The position numbers and the translations under genes were made by a program. Positions 1-11,945 of a DNA stretch of 64,000 bases are shown here, piece after piece. Source of the DNA: a candidate division FCPU426 bacterium (GTDB lineage Bacteria > Oederibacteriota > Muellerivitia > Muellerivitales > Muellerivitaceae); assembly GCA_963771075.1 (NCBI GenBank), contig CAVYSE010000001.1, positions 1-64,000 on the forward strand, read 5' to 3'. The notes beneath the pieces were generated by a model that was given only the letters and a program-made list of their open reading frames with translations, was not told the origin of the DNA and ran no database searches. The stretch's first letter is position 1; each line of letters opens with the position of its first letter.

Positions 1-97
1 ATTGTTTCGTGGGATAAAGAACCCTGACAATAAACCTTTTTTTGTCACCTATTCCTATATGATTCATGCTATTGACCCATCTAGCCCCTTCTGTTAG

Positions 98-1297
<1,200 letters not shown>

Positions 1298-1413
1298 TTT
1301 AATCAACCAGTCATTCAAGCCGCGGGTGAAACCATGGATCCCAGAACCCAAAAAAGGGTGAGCCGAAAAGGGGTTGGGGTTTTGTCCGCGGCTTTTCTTT
1401 TGAGGCGGTCTTC

Positions 1414-1888
1414 ATGGTGATGCATCCGGCTTTGTGGTGGGCGGTCGTGGCCCTGGTTTTTTTCATATTGGAAATTTCCACCGCCTCCTTTTTCTTTTTG
1501 TGGATCGGGATGGGCGCCCTGGTGACCGTGGTGGTTGCCTTTGTCCAGGTACCGGTTTGGGTCGAATACACCGTTTTCGCGGTTTCATCCGTGCTTCTGG
1601 TCGCGATCAGCCGGCGATGGGCGGGAAAACTTTCCGGCAAGTCTACGCAGGTTGCGAATGTGGATGCTCTGATTGGGAAAAAGGGGCAAGTGACAAAGGT
1701 CTACCCTCAAACCCCATGGCAAGGATATGCCAAGTTTAGCGGGGAAATCTGGAGGGTCAGAAAACAAGGGAGAGGTTCCCCTGCGGCTGGAGGAGGAAAT
1801 CCGGGTCGTGGCCTTGAGGTCCAATGTTTTATGGGTGGAGCCGGCCGAGGATGGGACGCCGGAAATCAAAAACGAAAGCAAGCTCTAA
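1414..1888 (+). CDS. NfeD-like membrane protein with a +1 frameshift near 1759
   Basis: Hydrophobic N-terminus, LIGKKGQV..GEIWRV; +1 frame continues ENKGEVPLRLEEEIRVVALRSNVLWVEP to TAA 1888; lies upstream of an SPFH gene. Confidence 0.85.
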
Positions 1889-1942
1889 CACCTAACGCTG
1901 GGTGCGGGAGCCGAAACCCAATTGTCGAAAAGGAGCACCCCG

Positions 1943-2866
1943 ATGGAAATCTCTGGTTTTGTACTGTTTGTTTTGGTTCTTTTCGCCTTGATTTACGCAT
2001 CCCGCGCAATTCGTATTGTCCGGCCCTTTGAGAAGGGATTGATTGAGCGCCTGGGCAGGTTCACCCGTACCGCCGATTCGGGCCTGACCGTACTTTTTCC
2101 CCCCTTCGAGAATATGCGTAAAGTCGACATGCGCGAGCAGGTCATTGAAGTGCCTCCCCAGGAAGTGATCACCAAGGACAATGTGGTCGTGACGGTGGAC
2201 GCCATCATTTATTTCCACGTCAGCGATCCCTTTAAGGTGGTCTATAACGTGGCCCGGTTCGAAATGGCGGCCTTGAAGTTGGCCCAGACTAACCTGCGTA
2301 ATACCATCGGCGAACTGGACCTGGACCAGACCCTCAATAGCCGTGAGCGTATCAATACCCAGCTTCGGGAAATCATGGATGAGGCCACCGACAAATGGGG
2401 CGTGAAGGTGACGCGGGTCGAGATTCAAAAGATCGACCCTCCTAACGATATCGTAAGCGCCATGAGCGCCCAAATGAAGGCGGAACGCACCAAGCGCGCC
2501 GCCATCATCGAGGCGGAAGGCATCAAGCAGGCCGCCATCACCAAGGCGGAAGGGGAAAAGCAATCCGCGATTTTGAAGGCTGAGGGTGAGGCGGGCGCCA
2601 TTGAGCGCGTCGCGACCGCCAATAAATTCCAGAAGATCGCCCTCGCGGAGGGCGAATCCCAGGCTATCATCACGGTTTTTAAGGCGATCCATGACGGGAA
2701 CCCGACCCAGGATCTGTTGGCGTTGAAATACATGGAAATGCTGGGCACGGTGGCGGATGGACAGGCCACCAAGATATTCCTGCCGTTGGAAGCCTCCGGC
2801 ACCCTGGGGGCCTTGAGCGCCATCGCGGAGGCTTTCAAGACGGACCCGAAAGCGAAGCAAAAGTAA
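1943..2866 (+). CDS. SPFH/stomatin-like (QmcA-type) protein
   Basis: VPPQEVITKDNV, KWGVKVTRVEI and QMKAER motifs; AAGGAG RBS. Confidence 0.95.
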   Translation: MEISGFVLFVLVLFALIYASRAIRIVRPFEKGLIERLGRFTRTADSGLTVLFPPFENMRKVDMREQVIEVPPQEVITKDNVVVTVDAIIYFHVSDPFKVVYNVARFEMAALKLAQTNLRNTIGELDLDQTLNSRERINTQLREIMDEATDKWGVKVTRVEIQKIDPPNDIVSAMSAQMKAERTKRAAIIEAEGIKQAAITKAEGEKQSAILKAEGEAGAIERVATANKFQKIALAEGESQAIITVFKAIHDGNPTQDLLALKYMEMLGTVADGQATKIFLPLEASGTLGALSAIAEAFKTDPKAKQK

Positions 2867-2946
2867 GGGAAGTTATTTCAGGGGAGAAGGGAACTTAATC
2901 AAGGTCCCGGTTGTGTTTGAATCTATCTCTTGGGAAAGGATGACAG

Positions 2947-4152
2947 ATGGCCAGCTATAACAAAATGAGCGTGGAAGATATCAACCCCTCGGGGAAGAGG
3001 ATTTTCGTAAGGGTTGATTTTAATGTTCCCCAGGACGAGCAGTTAAAGATCACGGACGATACCCGTATCCGGGAATCGCTTAAGACAATCCAATATTTGG
3101 CTGACAAGGGTGGACGGGTGATCCTTTGTTCCCATCTCGGCCGTCCGAAGGGGAAGAAGAACGAGAAATACAGTTTGAAGCCCGTGGCGTCCAGGCTTTC
3201 GGAACTATTGGGCAAGAATGTGCTGATGATGCCGGATTGCATCGGGGACGCGGTGAAAGCCGAGATCGGGAAAATGAAAAATGGGGATGTGGCTCTCCTT
3301 GAAAACGTCCGCTTTTACAATGAAGAAGAGGGGAACGATCCCGCCTTCGCGAAACAACTTGCCGATCTGGCGGAAGTTTATGTGAATGACGCCTTTGGCA
3401 CGGCCCACCGGGCTCATGCCTCCACCGAGGGCGTGACGAAGTACTTGAAACCCTGCGCTGCTGGATTTTTGATGATGAAGGAAATCAAGTACCTGGGCGG
3501 CGCCGTTTCTAACCCGGGCCGTCCCTTTGTCGCCATCATCGGCGGTGCCAAGATCTCGGGGAAGATCGATGTCATCTCGAACCTCATGAACTTGGCCGAC
3601 ACGGTCATCGTGGGTGGGGGAATGGCCTATACTTTTTTCAAGTCCGAGGGTTACGAGGTTGGGAAATCCCTTTTGGAAGCCGAAAAGGTGGATTTGGCGA
3701 GGGAAACCCTGGCAAAATCCAAAGCCATCCATAAACCATTACTCCTTCCCGTCGACAATGTCATCGCGCAAGATCTGAAGGAAGGGGTTCCCACGAAAGT
3801 GGTGGCTTCCAACCAGATCCCAGCCGATTGGGAAGGGTTGGATGTGGGGCCCGAAACCCTAAAAAAATACCGCGAGGTGATCTCGAAAGCCAAGACCATC
3901 TTCTGGAACGGCCCCGTGGGGGCCTTTGAGGTGAAGCCTTTCGACAAGGGCACCAAGGAAGTGGCCTTGATGATGGCGGAAGCCACGGGCCGCGGAGCGG
4001 TCACCATCGTGGGAGGCGGGGATTCGGTTGCCGCTGTCACGCAGATGGGCCTGTCTGACAAGATGTCCCACGTCTCCACGGGTGGGGGAGCTTCCCTGGA
4101 ATTTATGGAAGGGAAGGTTTTGCCAGGAATTGCAGCACTAACAGACAAGTAA
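2947..4152 (+). CDS. pgk: phosphoglycerate kinase
   Basis: RVDFNVP, DAFGTAHRAHAS, STGGGASLE. Confidence 0.98.
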   Translation: MASYNKMSVEDINPSGKRIFVRVDFNVPQDEQLKITDDTRIRESLKTIQYLADKGGRVILCSHLGRPKGKKNEKYSLKPVASRLSELLGKNVLMMPDCIGDAVKAEIGKMKNGDVALLENVRFYNEEEGNDPAFAKQLADLAEVYVNDAFGTAHRAHASTEGVTKYLKPCAAGFLMMKEIKYLGGAVSNPGRPFVAIIGGAKISGKIDVISNLMNLADTVIVGGGMAYTFFKSEGYEVGKSLLEAEKVDLARETLAKSKAIHKPLLLPVDNVIAQDLKEGVPTKVVASNQIPADWEGLDVGPETLKKYREVISKAKTIFWNGPVGAFEVKPFDKGTKEVALMMAEATGRGAVTIVGGGDSVAAVTQMGLSDKMSHVSTGGGASLEFMEGKVLPGIAALTDK

Positions 4153-4160
4153 AAGGAATT

Positions 4161-4197
4161 GGCGAAACCCTGGCCTCGTCCAGGGTTTCGCTTTGTT
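4161..4197 (+). terminator. hairpin after pgk
   Basis: GCGAAACCCTGG..CCAGGGTTTCGC followed by TTTGTT. Confidence 0.55.
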
Positions 4198-4227
4198 CAT
4201 AGCGGTTGAATCATCCCGGAGGAAAGA

Positions 4228-4977
4228 ATGCGCATACCCATCATTGCAGGCAATTGGAAGATGTACAAAGGCGTCAAGGAATCGGTTGTCTTTGTGAATC
4301 AGTTGAAGGAAGCGGTGAAAGACGTGAAGGACCGGGAAATTCTGGTGTGCCCTACCTTTCTTGCGGCCTCTGGCGTGGTGGAAGCCCTTCGCTTCACCAA
4401 CATCCAGGTGGGCTGTCAGGACGGCCATTGGGAATCGGAAGGGGCCTACACCAGCCATGTGAGTCCTGCGATGTTGAAGGACACCGGCGTGCAGTACGTG
4501 ATCTTGGGACATTCGGAACGGCGCCAGTACGACGGGGAAACGGACCAGACCATCAACCGGAAACTCAAAAATGTGCTGAAGACCGGCCTCAAGGCCATCG
4601 TTTGCGTGGGGGAAACCCTGCAGGAGAGGGAAGCGGGCAAGACGGAGAAGATCGTGGAAACCCAGTTGGTGGGTTGTTTCGAGGGCATTGGTTTAGGCGA
4701 CCTGGCCCATATCGTCATCGCCTATGAGCCCGTTTGGGCCATTGGGACCGGCAAGACAGCGACTCCGGAGCAGGCCAACGAGGTTCAAGCATTCATTCGG
4801 GCCCAGATTTCAAAAAAATACAACTCCGAAGCGGCTCAAGCCCTGCGAATACAATATGGTGGAAGCGTCAAACCCGACAATGTGAAGCAACTAATGGCTC
4901 AACCGGATATCGACGGCGCGTTGGTGGGTGGGGCCAGCCTGAAAGTCGATTCTTTCACTGCTTTGGTCAAGTTTTGA
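4228..4977 (+). CDS. tpiA: triosephosphate isomerase
   Basis: AGNWKM, GHSERR, AYEPVWAIGTG. Confidence 0.98.
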   Translation: MRIPIIAGNWKMYKGVKESVVFVNQLKEAVKDVKDREILVCPTFLAASGVVEALRFTNIQVGCQDGHWESEGAYTSHVSPAMLKDTGVQYVILGHSERRQYDGETDQTINRKLKNVLKTGLKAIVCVGETLQEREAGKTEKIVETQLVGCFEGIGLGDLAHIVIAYEPVWAIGTGKTATPEQANEVQAFIRAQISKKYNSEAAQALRIQYGGSVKPDNVKQLMAQPDIDGALVGGASLKVDSFTALVKF

Positions 4978-5165
4978 AGGCGTTTTGACAAACTTCAAAA
5001 TGGGCGGCGCCTAGAGTTAAGCCTGATTGAACTGAGGGCTGGTGTGTGGCTTTGGGCGCTTTGGGGTGGTTTTTTTGAAAGCATTTCTGGTTTAAAAGTT
5101 TTATTGGATAAACCTATCGGGTTTCCTTTAAAATAAACCTAGTTTCATATCCATTGGGGGAATTC

Positions 5166-5552
5166 ATGAGTTTCGTTTTTACTGTCCTTTTTGTTGTCAC
5201 CTCGATCCTTTTAATAGGCGTTGTTTTGATACAACAACCAAAAACCGCGGGCGGCTTATTTTCAGGTACAGGCCAAAGCCTCCTGGGTACAAGCGGGAAG
5301 ACTTTTTGGACCAAGACGACGGTGGTAATCGCCGCGGTTTTTATGGTGCTTTGCCTGATCCTAGGCCTGTTACCTCGCTGGGAAATGACATCAAGCCACT
5401 CCGCGGTGACGGACCTCATCCAGAAGCAGCAAGCCGCCCAGGCTCAACCGCCCGCTAACAGCCAAGCTCCAGCACCGGCCAAGGCGCCCCAACCGCAATC
5501 GAACCCCATGGCCCCTGCGGCCGCTCCCGCACCTGCGCAACCGAGTAAATAA
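5166..5552 (+). CDS. secG: preprotein translocase subunit SecG
   Basis: Two TM segments with a Gly-rich loop; usual position after tpiA. Confidence 0.85.
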   Translation: MSFVFTVLFVVTSILLIGVVLIQQPKTAGGLFSGTGQSLLGTSGKTFWTKTTVVIAAVFMVLCLILGLLPRWEMTSSHSAVTDLIQKQQAAQAQPPANSQAPAPAKAPQPQSNPMAPAAAPAPAQPSK

Positions 5553-5597
5553 TTTTTTTGAATTTGAAAAAATAAAATGTAAGGTTCTAAAAACGAT

Positions 5598-6663
5598 ATG
5601 ATCTACGGCGGAAAATCCAGGGCTACCCTTAAACAAATCGCAAAGTATTGCGGTGTTTCCCATACGACCGTTTCCATGGTGATCAACCAAAATCCCCGTA
5701 TCTCGGCCGATACACGCGAGAAGGTAATGGCCGCCATCAAGAAGTACAACTATTACCCCAATGTGGCCGCCCGAAGCTTGGTGATGTCCCGCACGAACAC
5801 AATCGGCATTTTCGGCACCATGTTTGATTCGCCTTATTACAACGAAATCATCCGCGGGATTGAGATGGAATGCCGCCACGCCAACGTGGATTTGAAAATT
5901 TACAACTGCAATGGAAGCCTGGAGGATTATAACGAGATCAACGAACGCATCCTGGGTGAGCGCCGAATCGACGCCGTGATCGCCCTGTCCGTCCCCATGG
6001 AGGACGCGGTTTTGCAAAGGTTCCAAAACGAGGAACTTCCGCTGATTATCCTTCAGCCCGTGGCGATTGAGGGGCCCAACCATATCCTGGAAAAGATTCC
6101 CACTCTCCAGGCGGAGGATCACAAGGGTATTTATAAGGCGGTGGCATATTTGATTTCCTTGGGGCATAAAAAAATAGGTTTCGTGAACGGCCCCGAACAC
6201 CTCAAGATTTGCCAGGACCGCCTGGCCGGTTATCGGGACGCCTTGCGGGACAATAACATTCCATTCCAGGACCACTTTGTGGCCTATTCCCATTTCCGCC
6301 CCGACGCTTTCACCATGGATGCCGGCTACCAGCTGGGAAAAGAACTGATGGACCGGATACCTGAAATTACGCCGATTTGTTGCGTTTCCGATACGATGGC
6401 TATCGGGGTCATCAAGGCCGCGCGACAAAAGGGCTGGATGGTTCCGGAAGATCTTTCCATCATTGGTTTTGACGATACCTATGTAGCCCGATTGGCCGAT
6501 CCTTCTTTGACGACCCTGCACCAGCCCCTGCTGGAAATGGGGAAGGCTTCGGTCGTCCTCGCGCATAATTTCCTCAGCAAAAAACCCATCGAATATCTTC
6601 ACCGCGGGTTACGATGTTGATTTAATCATCCGCGAATCCACCGGCAAACCCCGTAAAAAATAG
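5598..6663 (+). CDS. LacI-family regulator with a +1 frameshift near 6595
   Basis: TLKQIAKYCGVSHTTVS HTH, VPEDLSIIGFDD; typical LIIREST C-terminus is in the +1 frame ending TAG 6663. Confidence 0.9.
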
Positions 6664-6705
6664 ACTCCTCTCTTCCTTCCTAAAACTCTCCCCTATAATG
6701 TCGCC

Positions 6706-8322
6706 ATGTTTAGAAATCTTTCCATGCCCCGGCGTTTTTGGCTTTGTATGCTCAGCGCCTTTTTTGTCTGGTTATCCTTCCCCAACTCGCTGGAAAAGAA
6801 TCTGGCTCCTTGGTTCGCTCCCCTGGCCTGGGTCGCCCTCATCCCTTTCCTTCTGGCTTTGGAAAACACCACCGCTAAACAAGCGGCGTGGTTGGGCTAC
6901 CTTTACGGTTTTGCCCAGCTCGGCTCCATTCTTTATTGGATCGCGGTTTTGGAAGAGGCGAAATACCTTGGGCCGCTCGGCTGGGCGGCCTTGGTAGGGT
7001 ACTTAAGCGTTTATTACGCCATCTTCGCTTATGTGTTCCGCAAGACCGCCTCATTGGGCTGGTCGCCGGTTTGGGTTGCACCCGTGGTCTGGCTGGGGTG
7101 CGAATATTTCAGGGGTTCCCAGCCATGGGGAGGGTTTAACTGGGGGGAAATCGGCTACAGCCAGGCTCCCTATCCGAACCTTGCCTATTGGGCTTGCCTG
7201 GCGGGCGAATATGGTTTGACCTTTTTGATCCTGATGGTGAATGCCTATTGGTCCGATTACTTGGTGAAGCATTGGAAGAGTTTTCGAATGTCCTTCCCCC
7301 AATGGCTTCGTTTGGCTCTGCCCATCCTTGGTTTGGCCATTTTGTCATTGATCGGCCAGGCGATGATTTTGTCCCATGCCCCTCATCGGACGGGAAGGGT
7401 GGCCCTGCTACAGGCTTCCGTGGACCAGGATGACAAATGGACCAAATCATTCGAGAACGAGACCTATCGTCGTTATGAAAAATTAATTCTCAATTCGGCC
7501 AAGGCCCAGCCCGACCTGATTGTCTGGCCCGAGACGGGCGCACCCTCTTTTTTAAAGTTGGACCCGGCTCTTTTAACCCGGGTATCCCGCATGGTGGCAA
7601 AGGGCGGCGAACCGGAACTCATAGGCTGCCTCGACGTTACCAAAAAAATTCCGAACGGATTGGATTATTTCAACGCCGCGATAATCTTTGACTCAAGGGG
7701 TCAATCGGGCATGACCTATCACAAAAGCCATCTCGTTCCATTCGGGGAGTTCATGCCCTTTCAAAAATACATTTCTTTCCTGGGACCCATTGTTTCCAAC
7801 CTGGGGAATTTCACGGCGGGCGACCATTATCTATTGGCCTCAGCCCGATCCTTTACCTATTCCCCAACCATCTGCTACGAGGCTATTTTCCCAGGAGATA
7901 TGCGTCATGCCGCCCAAACGGGGGCGGACGCCCTCGTGAATATCAGCAATGACGCTTGGTACGGCCATACCGCCGCCGCCTACCAACACGCCCAGATGGG
8001 CATCATGAGATCAGCTGAATTACATCGTCCCATGTTGCGGGCCGCAAATACCGGTATTTCATATATTACCGATCCCTATGCACGGGTTTTGGCCTTCAGC
8101 GGTTTTTTCACTCAACAGGCGTTGGTGGGGGAAGTGATGACCTTGGACCATCCCAGGACGCTATATTTCGTGTTAGGAAATTGGCTTCCCGAAATATGCC
8201 TTTGGACGACGATCCTTATGATTGTTTTCTTGTTTGTCCGTAAAAAACCGGAGGATATCGCCAGGAATACGACGGAGATCCCGGGTTCAATCCCAAGTAA
8301 CCCGCAGGATGGGGTGTCATGA
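6706..8322 (+). CDS. lnt: apolipoprotein N-acyltransferase
   Basis: WPET, KSHLVPFGE, ICYE, NDAWY, RAANTGIS. Confidence 0.96.
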   Translation: MFRNLSMPRRFWLCMLSAFFVWLSFPNSLEKNLAPWFAPLAWVALIPFLLALENTTAKQAAWLGYLYGFAQLGSILYWIAVLEEAKYLGPLGWAALVGYLSVYYAIFAYVFRKTASLGWSPVWVAPVVWLGCEYFRGSQPWGGFNWGEIGYSQAPYPNLAYWACLAGEYGLTFLILMVNAYWSDYLVKHWKSFRMSFPQWLRLALPILGLAILSLIGQAMILSHAPHRTGRVALLQASVDQDDKWTKSFENETYRRYEKLILNSAKAQPDLIVWPETGAPSFLKLDPALLTRVSRMVAKGGEPELIGCLDVTKKIPNGLDYFNAAIIFDSRGQSGMTYHKSHLVPFGEFMPFQKYISFLGPIVSNLGNFTAGDHYLLASARSFTYSPTICYEAIFPGDMRHAAQTGADALVNISNDAWYGHTAAAYQHAQMGIMRSAELHRPMLRAANTGISYITDPYARVLAFSGFFTQQALVGEVMTLDHPRTLYFVLGNWLPEICLWTTILMIVFLFVRKKPEDIARNTTEIPGSIPSNPQDGVS

Positions 8323-8699
8323 GCCCGATATCGGAAGAAGGTCTTTTTAAGATCGCCAAGGCCAAAGATTTTAGGGAAGGGAAGGCCTTCAAGTTTAAAT
8401 TAAAACGCGCGGACCGGGTAACCGAGGCCTTTGCCTTTCGCAAAGACGGTAAATTTTACGGTTACTTGAACCTTTGCCGCCATTGGACGGTGGGATTGGA
8501 TTTTGATGACAACGATTTTTTTACGCGGGACGGGGTATTCCTGGTTTGCAAAAACCACGGGGCGATTTATTCGCCTGAAACAGGGGCATGCCAGGGCGGC
8601 CCTTGCAATGGAGCATCGCTTTACCGGGTACCGTTGGTGGAAATGGAAGGTATCATCTACGCCGACACCAAGAACGTGGATTGGGGTGAGTTTTTTTAA
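8319..8699 (+). CDS. Rieske 2Fe-2S protein
   Basis: CRH and CKNH ligand pairs, GACQGGPC. Confidence 0.9.
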   Translation: MSPISEEGLFKIAKAKDFREGKAFKFKLKRADRVTEAFAFRKDGKFYGYLNLCRHWTVGLDFDDNDFFTRDGVFLVCKNHGAIYSPETGACQGGPCNGASLYRVPLVEMEGIIYADTKNVDWGEFF

Positions 8700-8800
8700 A
8701 GGTTATTTATAGATTCTATAGCTTCCATGTTTTTGGTTAGGTGTACGTTTACAAGGTCCAGTTTGGCGGAATATGTCCCGGAAGTGGATAAACACCTTTG

Positions 8801-8841
8801 TTCAAATCAAAATGAAGCCATATAGGCTTTTTTGATTTGAA
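8801..8841. terminator. hairpin between convergent genes
   Basis: TTCAAATCAAAA..AAGCC-ATATA-GGCTT..TTTTGATTTGAA. Confidence 0.55.
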
Positions 8842-8851
8842 CTTCCACCTG

Positions 8852-9907
8852 TTAAATCGGATGCATGCCCCGGCGGGTTAAACCGGCGTTTTCGGGAAGG
8901 CCGAACATCAGGTTCATGTTCTGAACCCCCACGTGGGCCCCGCCTTTTCCGATGGAATCCAGCACGCTAAAGACCACAATACGGCCGCGAGCCTCATCCA
9001 CATCCAACCCAATATAGGAATAGTTGGTGCCAGATACGCTGTTCACCCATGGATAGGGGCGGTATTGCCAGGAAACCCCTTGTTCCTTGGGCAGGTCATA
9101 AACCTTCACGAATTCCTCACCCTTGTAAAAATCCTTGTAAAGTTCAAGTAGTTGGGTTCGGTTTACCTTTTTGAGTGGAAATGCGTGAATGATGTCTAGA
9201 ATTCCACGTACGATGGGAACGTAAATCGGCGTGAAGTGAACTTTCACCTTTTTCTTGGTCAAAAGGCCCAATTCCTGTTCAGCCTCAAAAGTATGGCGGT
9301 GGCCTACGACGTTATAGGGAATGAGGTTATTGCCGATCTCCGCATGGTGGGCGGGACGTGATAATTCCGCCCCGATGCCCGCAGTCCCAGAAAGGCCATC
9401 CACGGTAATCTTGGTCGTGTCAATGAGGCCAGCCTGCACCAAGGGGGCAGCCCCCAAGATGGCCGCTGATGCGAAACATCCGGGGTTGGCGATGACTCTG
9501 GCTTTCTTGATGGCTTCCCGATGAAGCTCGGGAATGCCGTAGACGGCTTCCTGAGCCAATTTCCAGCTCTTGTGTTTCTTTTGATAGACTTTTTCCCATT
9601 GGGCCCGGTCATGGAGGCGGAAATCCGCTCCTAAGTCGATCACCTTTGCCCCGTCTTTGAGGAATTTTGGCGCCAATTCCATGGGAGTGCCCGTGGGAAG
9701 GGCCATGAAAACGACATCGCAAGGCGTAGTATTTTCGGGACGGATGAACTCGATCTTTTCACCGTAAAGGTTGGGGTGATAGTCCGACAGAAGGGCTTCT
9801 TTTCGGCTGGTGGCCCAAACGATCTGGGCGTAGGGGTGGTCCATCAAGACGCGCAAAGCCTCGCCGCCCATGTAACCGCTGGCTCCGTATATTCCAACCT
9901 TGATCAT
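8852..9907 (-). CDS. argC: N-acetyl-gamma-glutamyl-phosphate reductase family (ArgC/LysY-like)
   Basis: GASGYMG, DLGADFRL, ANPGC, GHRH, QNMNLMFG. Confidence 0.88.
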   Translation of the reverse strand: MIKVGIYGASGYMGGEALRVLMDHPYAQIVWATSRKEALLSDYHPNLYGEKIEFIRPENTTPCDVVFMALPTGTPMELAPKFLKDGAKVIDLGADFRLHDRAQWEKVYQKKHKSWKLAQEAVYGIPELHREAIKKARVIANPGCFASAAILGAAPLVQAGLIDTTKITVDGLSGTAGIGAELSRPAHHAEIGNNLIPYNVVGHRHTFEAEQELGLLTKKKVKVHFTPIYVPIVRGILDIIHAFPLKKVNRTQLLELYKDFYKGEEFVKVYDLPKEQGVSWQYRPYPWVNSVSGTNYSYIGLDVDEARGRIVVFSVLDSIGKGGAHVGVQNMNLMFGLPENAGLTRRGMHPI

Positions 9908-9970
9908 GGGGTCCTCCTGATTTGGCTTATGTCGGCGGATGGAAACTTGGCCTAACTAAAGAGGGAAAGA

Positions 9971-10046
9971 TGGCGTCCCCAACGGGATTCGAACCCGTGT
10001 TGCCGGGATGAAAACCCGGTGTCCTGGGCCTCTAGACGATGGGGAC
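9971..10046 (-). tRNA. tRNA-Glu(TTC)
   Basis: 76 nt, GTCCCCATCGTCTAGAGG..CCGGG-TT-TTC-AT-CCCGG..GGTTCGAATCC..GGGGACGCCA with encoded CCA. Confidence 0.97.
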
Positions 10047-10270
10047 GGAGGCCAAAAACCGCTGAAAAAGAGGGGTAATTCTACGGGCCATAGTGGGGGA
10101 AGTCAAGGAAACCTCAGGAACGGGCGATCTAGCCTTTTCACAGGTTAACTCGATATGGAAGAGGAAAGTGCCTGAGATTATGATGTCGAAGTTATTTTGA
10201 CAATCCGTGTGAGTGAAAATTTAAACAGGTTGAGGCTTCTTGCCTGACCGGGAAAAAGTGAGCGTCATTC

Positions 10271-10762
10271 ATGGCCAAGAAAAAAAAGAAACCTTCGGTA
10301 AAGATATCGCAACCGGGCTCCCAAACGAATACCCAAGTGCGTTTTGAGACGACGCAAGGAGTCTTTATCGCCGAGATTTTCGCGGACGTCCCTACTACCG
10401 CCAAGAACTTCATTGACCTGGTCTCGGGAAAATTCTATGACGGTCTCACCTTTCACCGGTACGAACCCAATTTCGTGATTCAAGGAGGAGACCCGACCGG
10501 GACTGGCACGGGAAGCTCGAAAAACCAGATTCCACTGGAAATAACGGCCCACAAGCATGTGAAGGGCGCCTTGGGCATGGCCCGCTCCCAGGACCCCAAT
10601 TCCGCATCCTGCCAATTCTACGTATGCCTTTCAGACGCCCATTTTTTAGACGGTGGTTACGCGGTTTTTGGACAGGTTGTCGAGGGAATGGAGAACGTTT
10701 TAAAGCTCCGGAAGGGCGATAAAATGGCCCAAGTTACCGTGACAAAGGCGGTTGCTCCATAA
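10271..10762 (+). CDS. cyclophilin-type peptidyl-prolyl isomerase
   Basis: FYDGLTFHR, VIQGGDPTGTG, LDGGYAVFGQV. Confidence 0.95.
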   Translation: MAKKKKKPSVKISQPGSQTNTQVRFETTQGVFIAEIFADVPTTAKNFIDLVSGKFYDGLTFHRYEPNFVIQGGDPTGTGTGSSKNQIPLEITAHKHVKGALGMARSQDPNSASCQFYVCLSDAHFLDGGYAVFGQVVEGMENVLKLRKGDKMAQVTVTKAVAP

Positions 10763-10833
10763 TTAGTTCAAGGCCAATCGGGCCTTGTGTATAATCCTTT
10801 CATTCATTTCCTCAATAAAGGGGCATAGAGCTC

Positions 10834-11871
10834 ATGGCGATCACCATTAAGGATGTGGCCCTGAAGGCGGGAGTATCCGTCGCGACGGTTTCAAGGGTCG
10901 TGAATCAAAAAGACATCCACAAAGTTGGGCCGAAAACCCAGCAGCGCATCGAAAAAATCCTGAAGGAAATGGGCTATTACCCCAACACCATGGCCCGCGG
11001 CCTCAAGACCCGCCGAACCTACAACATTGGGGTGGTTTTTTTCTGGTATGAGCGTCCCAGCCTGAGCGATTTTTACCTGACGCGGGTCCTGGACGGCATC
11101 ATCAGTTTCATCAGCGAAAAAAAATACAACATCCTGATGAATACTTTCAGCAGGAACATCCAAAACGAGGGGGTTTACACCAACTTCGTGAATTCCGGGT
11201 TGGTGGACGGGGTCCTCGCCATCGCTCCCCCCGTCGAATCCCGTTTTTACCAGGATCTGAAGGACGGGGTCTTGCCCTACGTCCTGATCAATTACCAGGT
11301 GAATGACCCGAATGTTTGTTTCGTGGACTGCCTGAACACCCAGGGCATCCTGGACCTGGTGGACCATCTTTATGCCTTGGAGCACCGCCGTATCGGTTTC
11401 ATCGCGGGGGATATTCAGTACTCGAAAAATTCCCTCGACCGTTACAACGCTTTCCTCTTCGCCTTGAAGAAAAAGGGACTGACCTACCATCCCGACCATG
11501 TTTATTACGGCAATTGGACCGAGCTCTCAGGCGCCAAAGCCGTCGAGGCCTTTTGGAAAACCAAAACACCTCCCACGGCGTTGATCGCTTCCAACGATAC
11601 GATGGCCTGGGGCGCGATCAAGGAATTACGTAAGCAGGGTTTGCGGGTTCCCCAGGACGTAGCCGTGTGCGGGTTTGACGACCTTGCGACCGAATCCGGG
11701 CTTACCACGGTCCATCAACCGGCCTATGACATGGGGTATGAGGCCGCCCGGATGCTTTGGAACCAAATCGAAAAGAGGCCGCTGGAATACACCCATCGTT
11801 TTTTCCCCACCAAACTGGTGGTGCGCGAAAGCTGCGGCTATTACTTGAGTAACCTCCGCGAGAAAAAATAA
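10834..11871 (+). CDS. LacI-family regulator
   Basis: TIKDVALKAGVSVATVSRV, VPQDVAVCGFDD, LVVRESC. Confidence 0.96.
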   Translation: MAITIKDVALKAGVSVATVSRVVNQKDIHKVGPKTQQRIEKILKEMGYYPNTMARGLKTRRTYNIGVVFFWYERPSLSDFYLTRVLDGIISFISEKKYNILMNTFSRNIQNEGVYTNFVNSGLVDGVLAIAPPVESRFYQDLKDGVLPYVLINYQVNDPNVCFVDCLNTQGILDLVDHLYALEHRRIGFIAGDIQYSKNSLDRYNAFLFALKKKGLTYHPDHVYYGNWTELSGAKAVEAFWKTKTPPTALIASNDTMAWGAIKELRKQGLRVPQDVAVCGFDDLATESGLTTVHQPAYDMGYEAARMLWNQIEKRPLEYTHRFFPTKLVVRESCGYYLSNLREKK

Positions 11872-11945
11872 GAAGCTTATTGTCTTCGTTTTGGCCGGTT
11901 AGTTATGCGTAGAACAAATCCTAAGGAAAGGTTTATAAAAACGCC

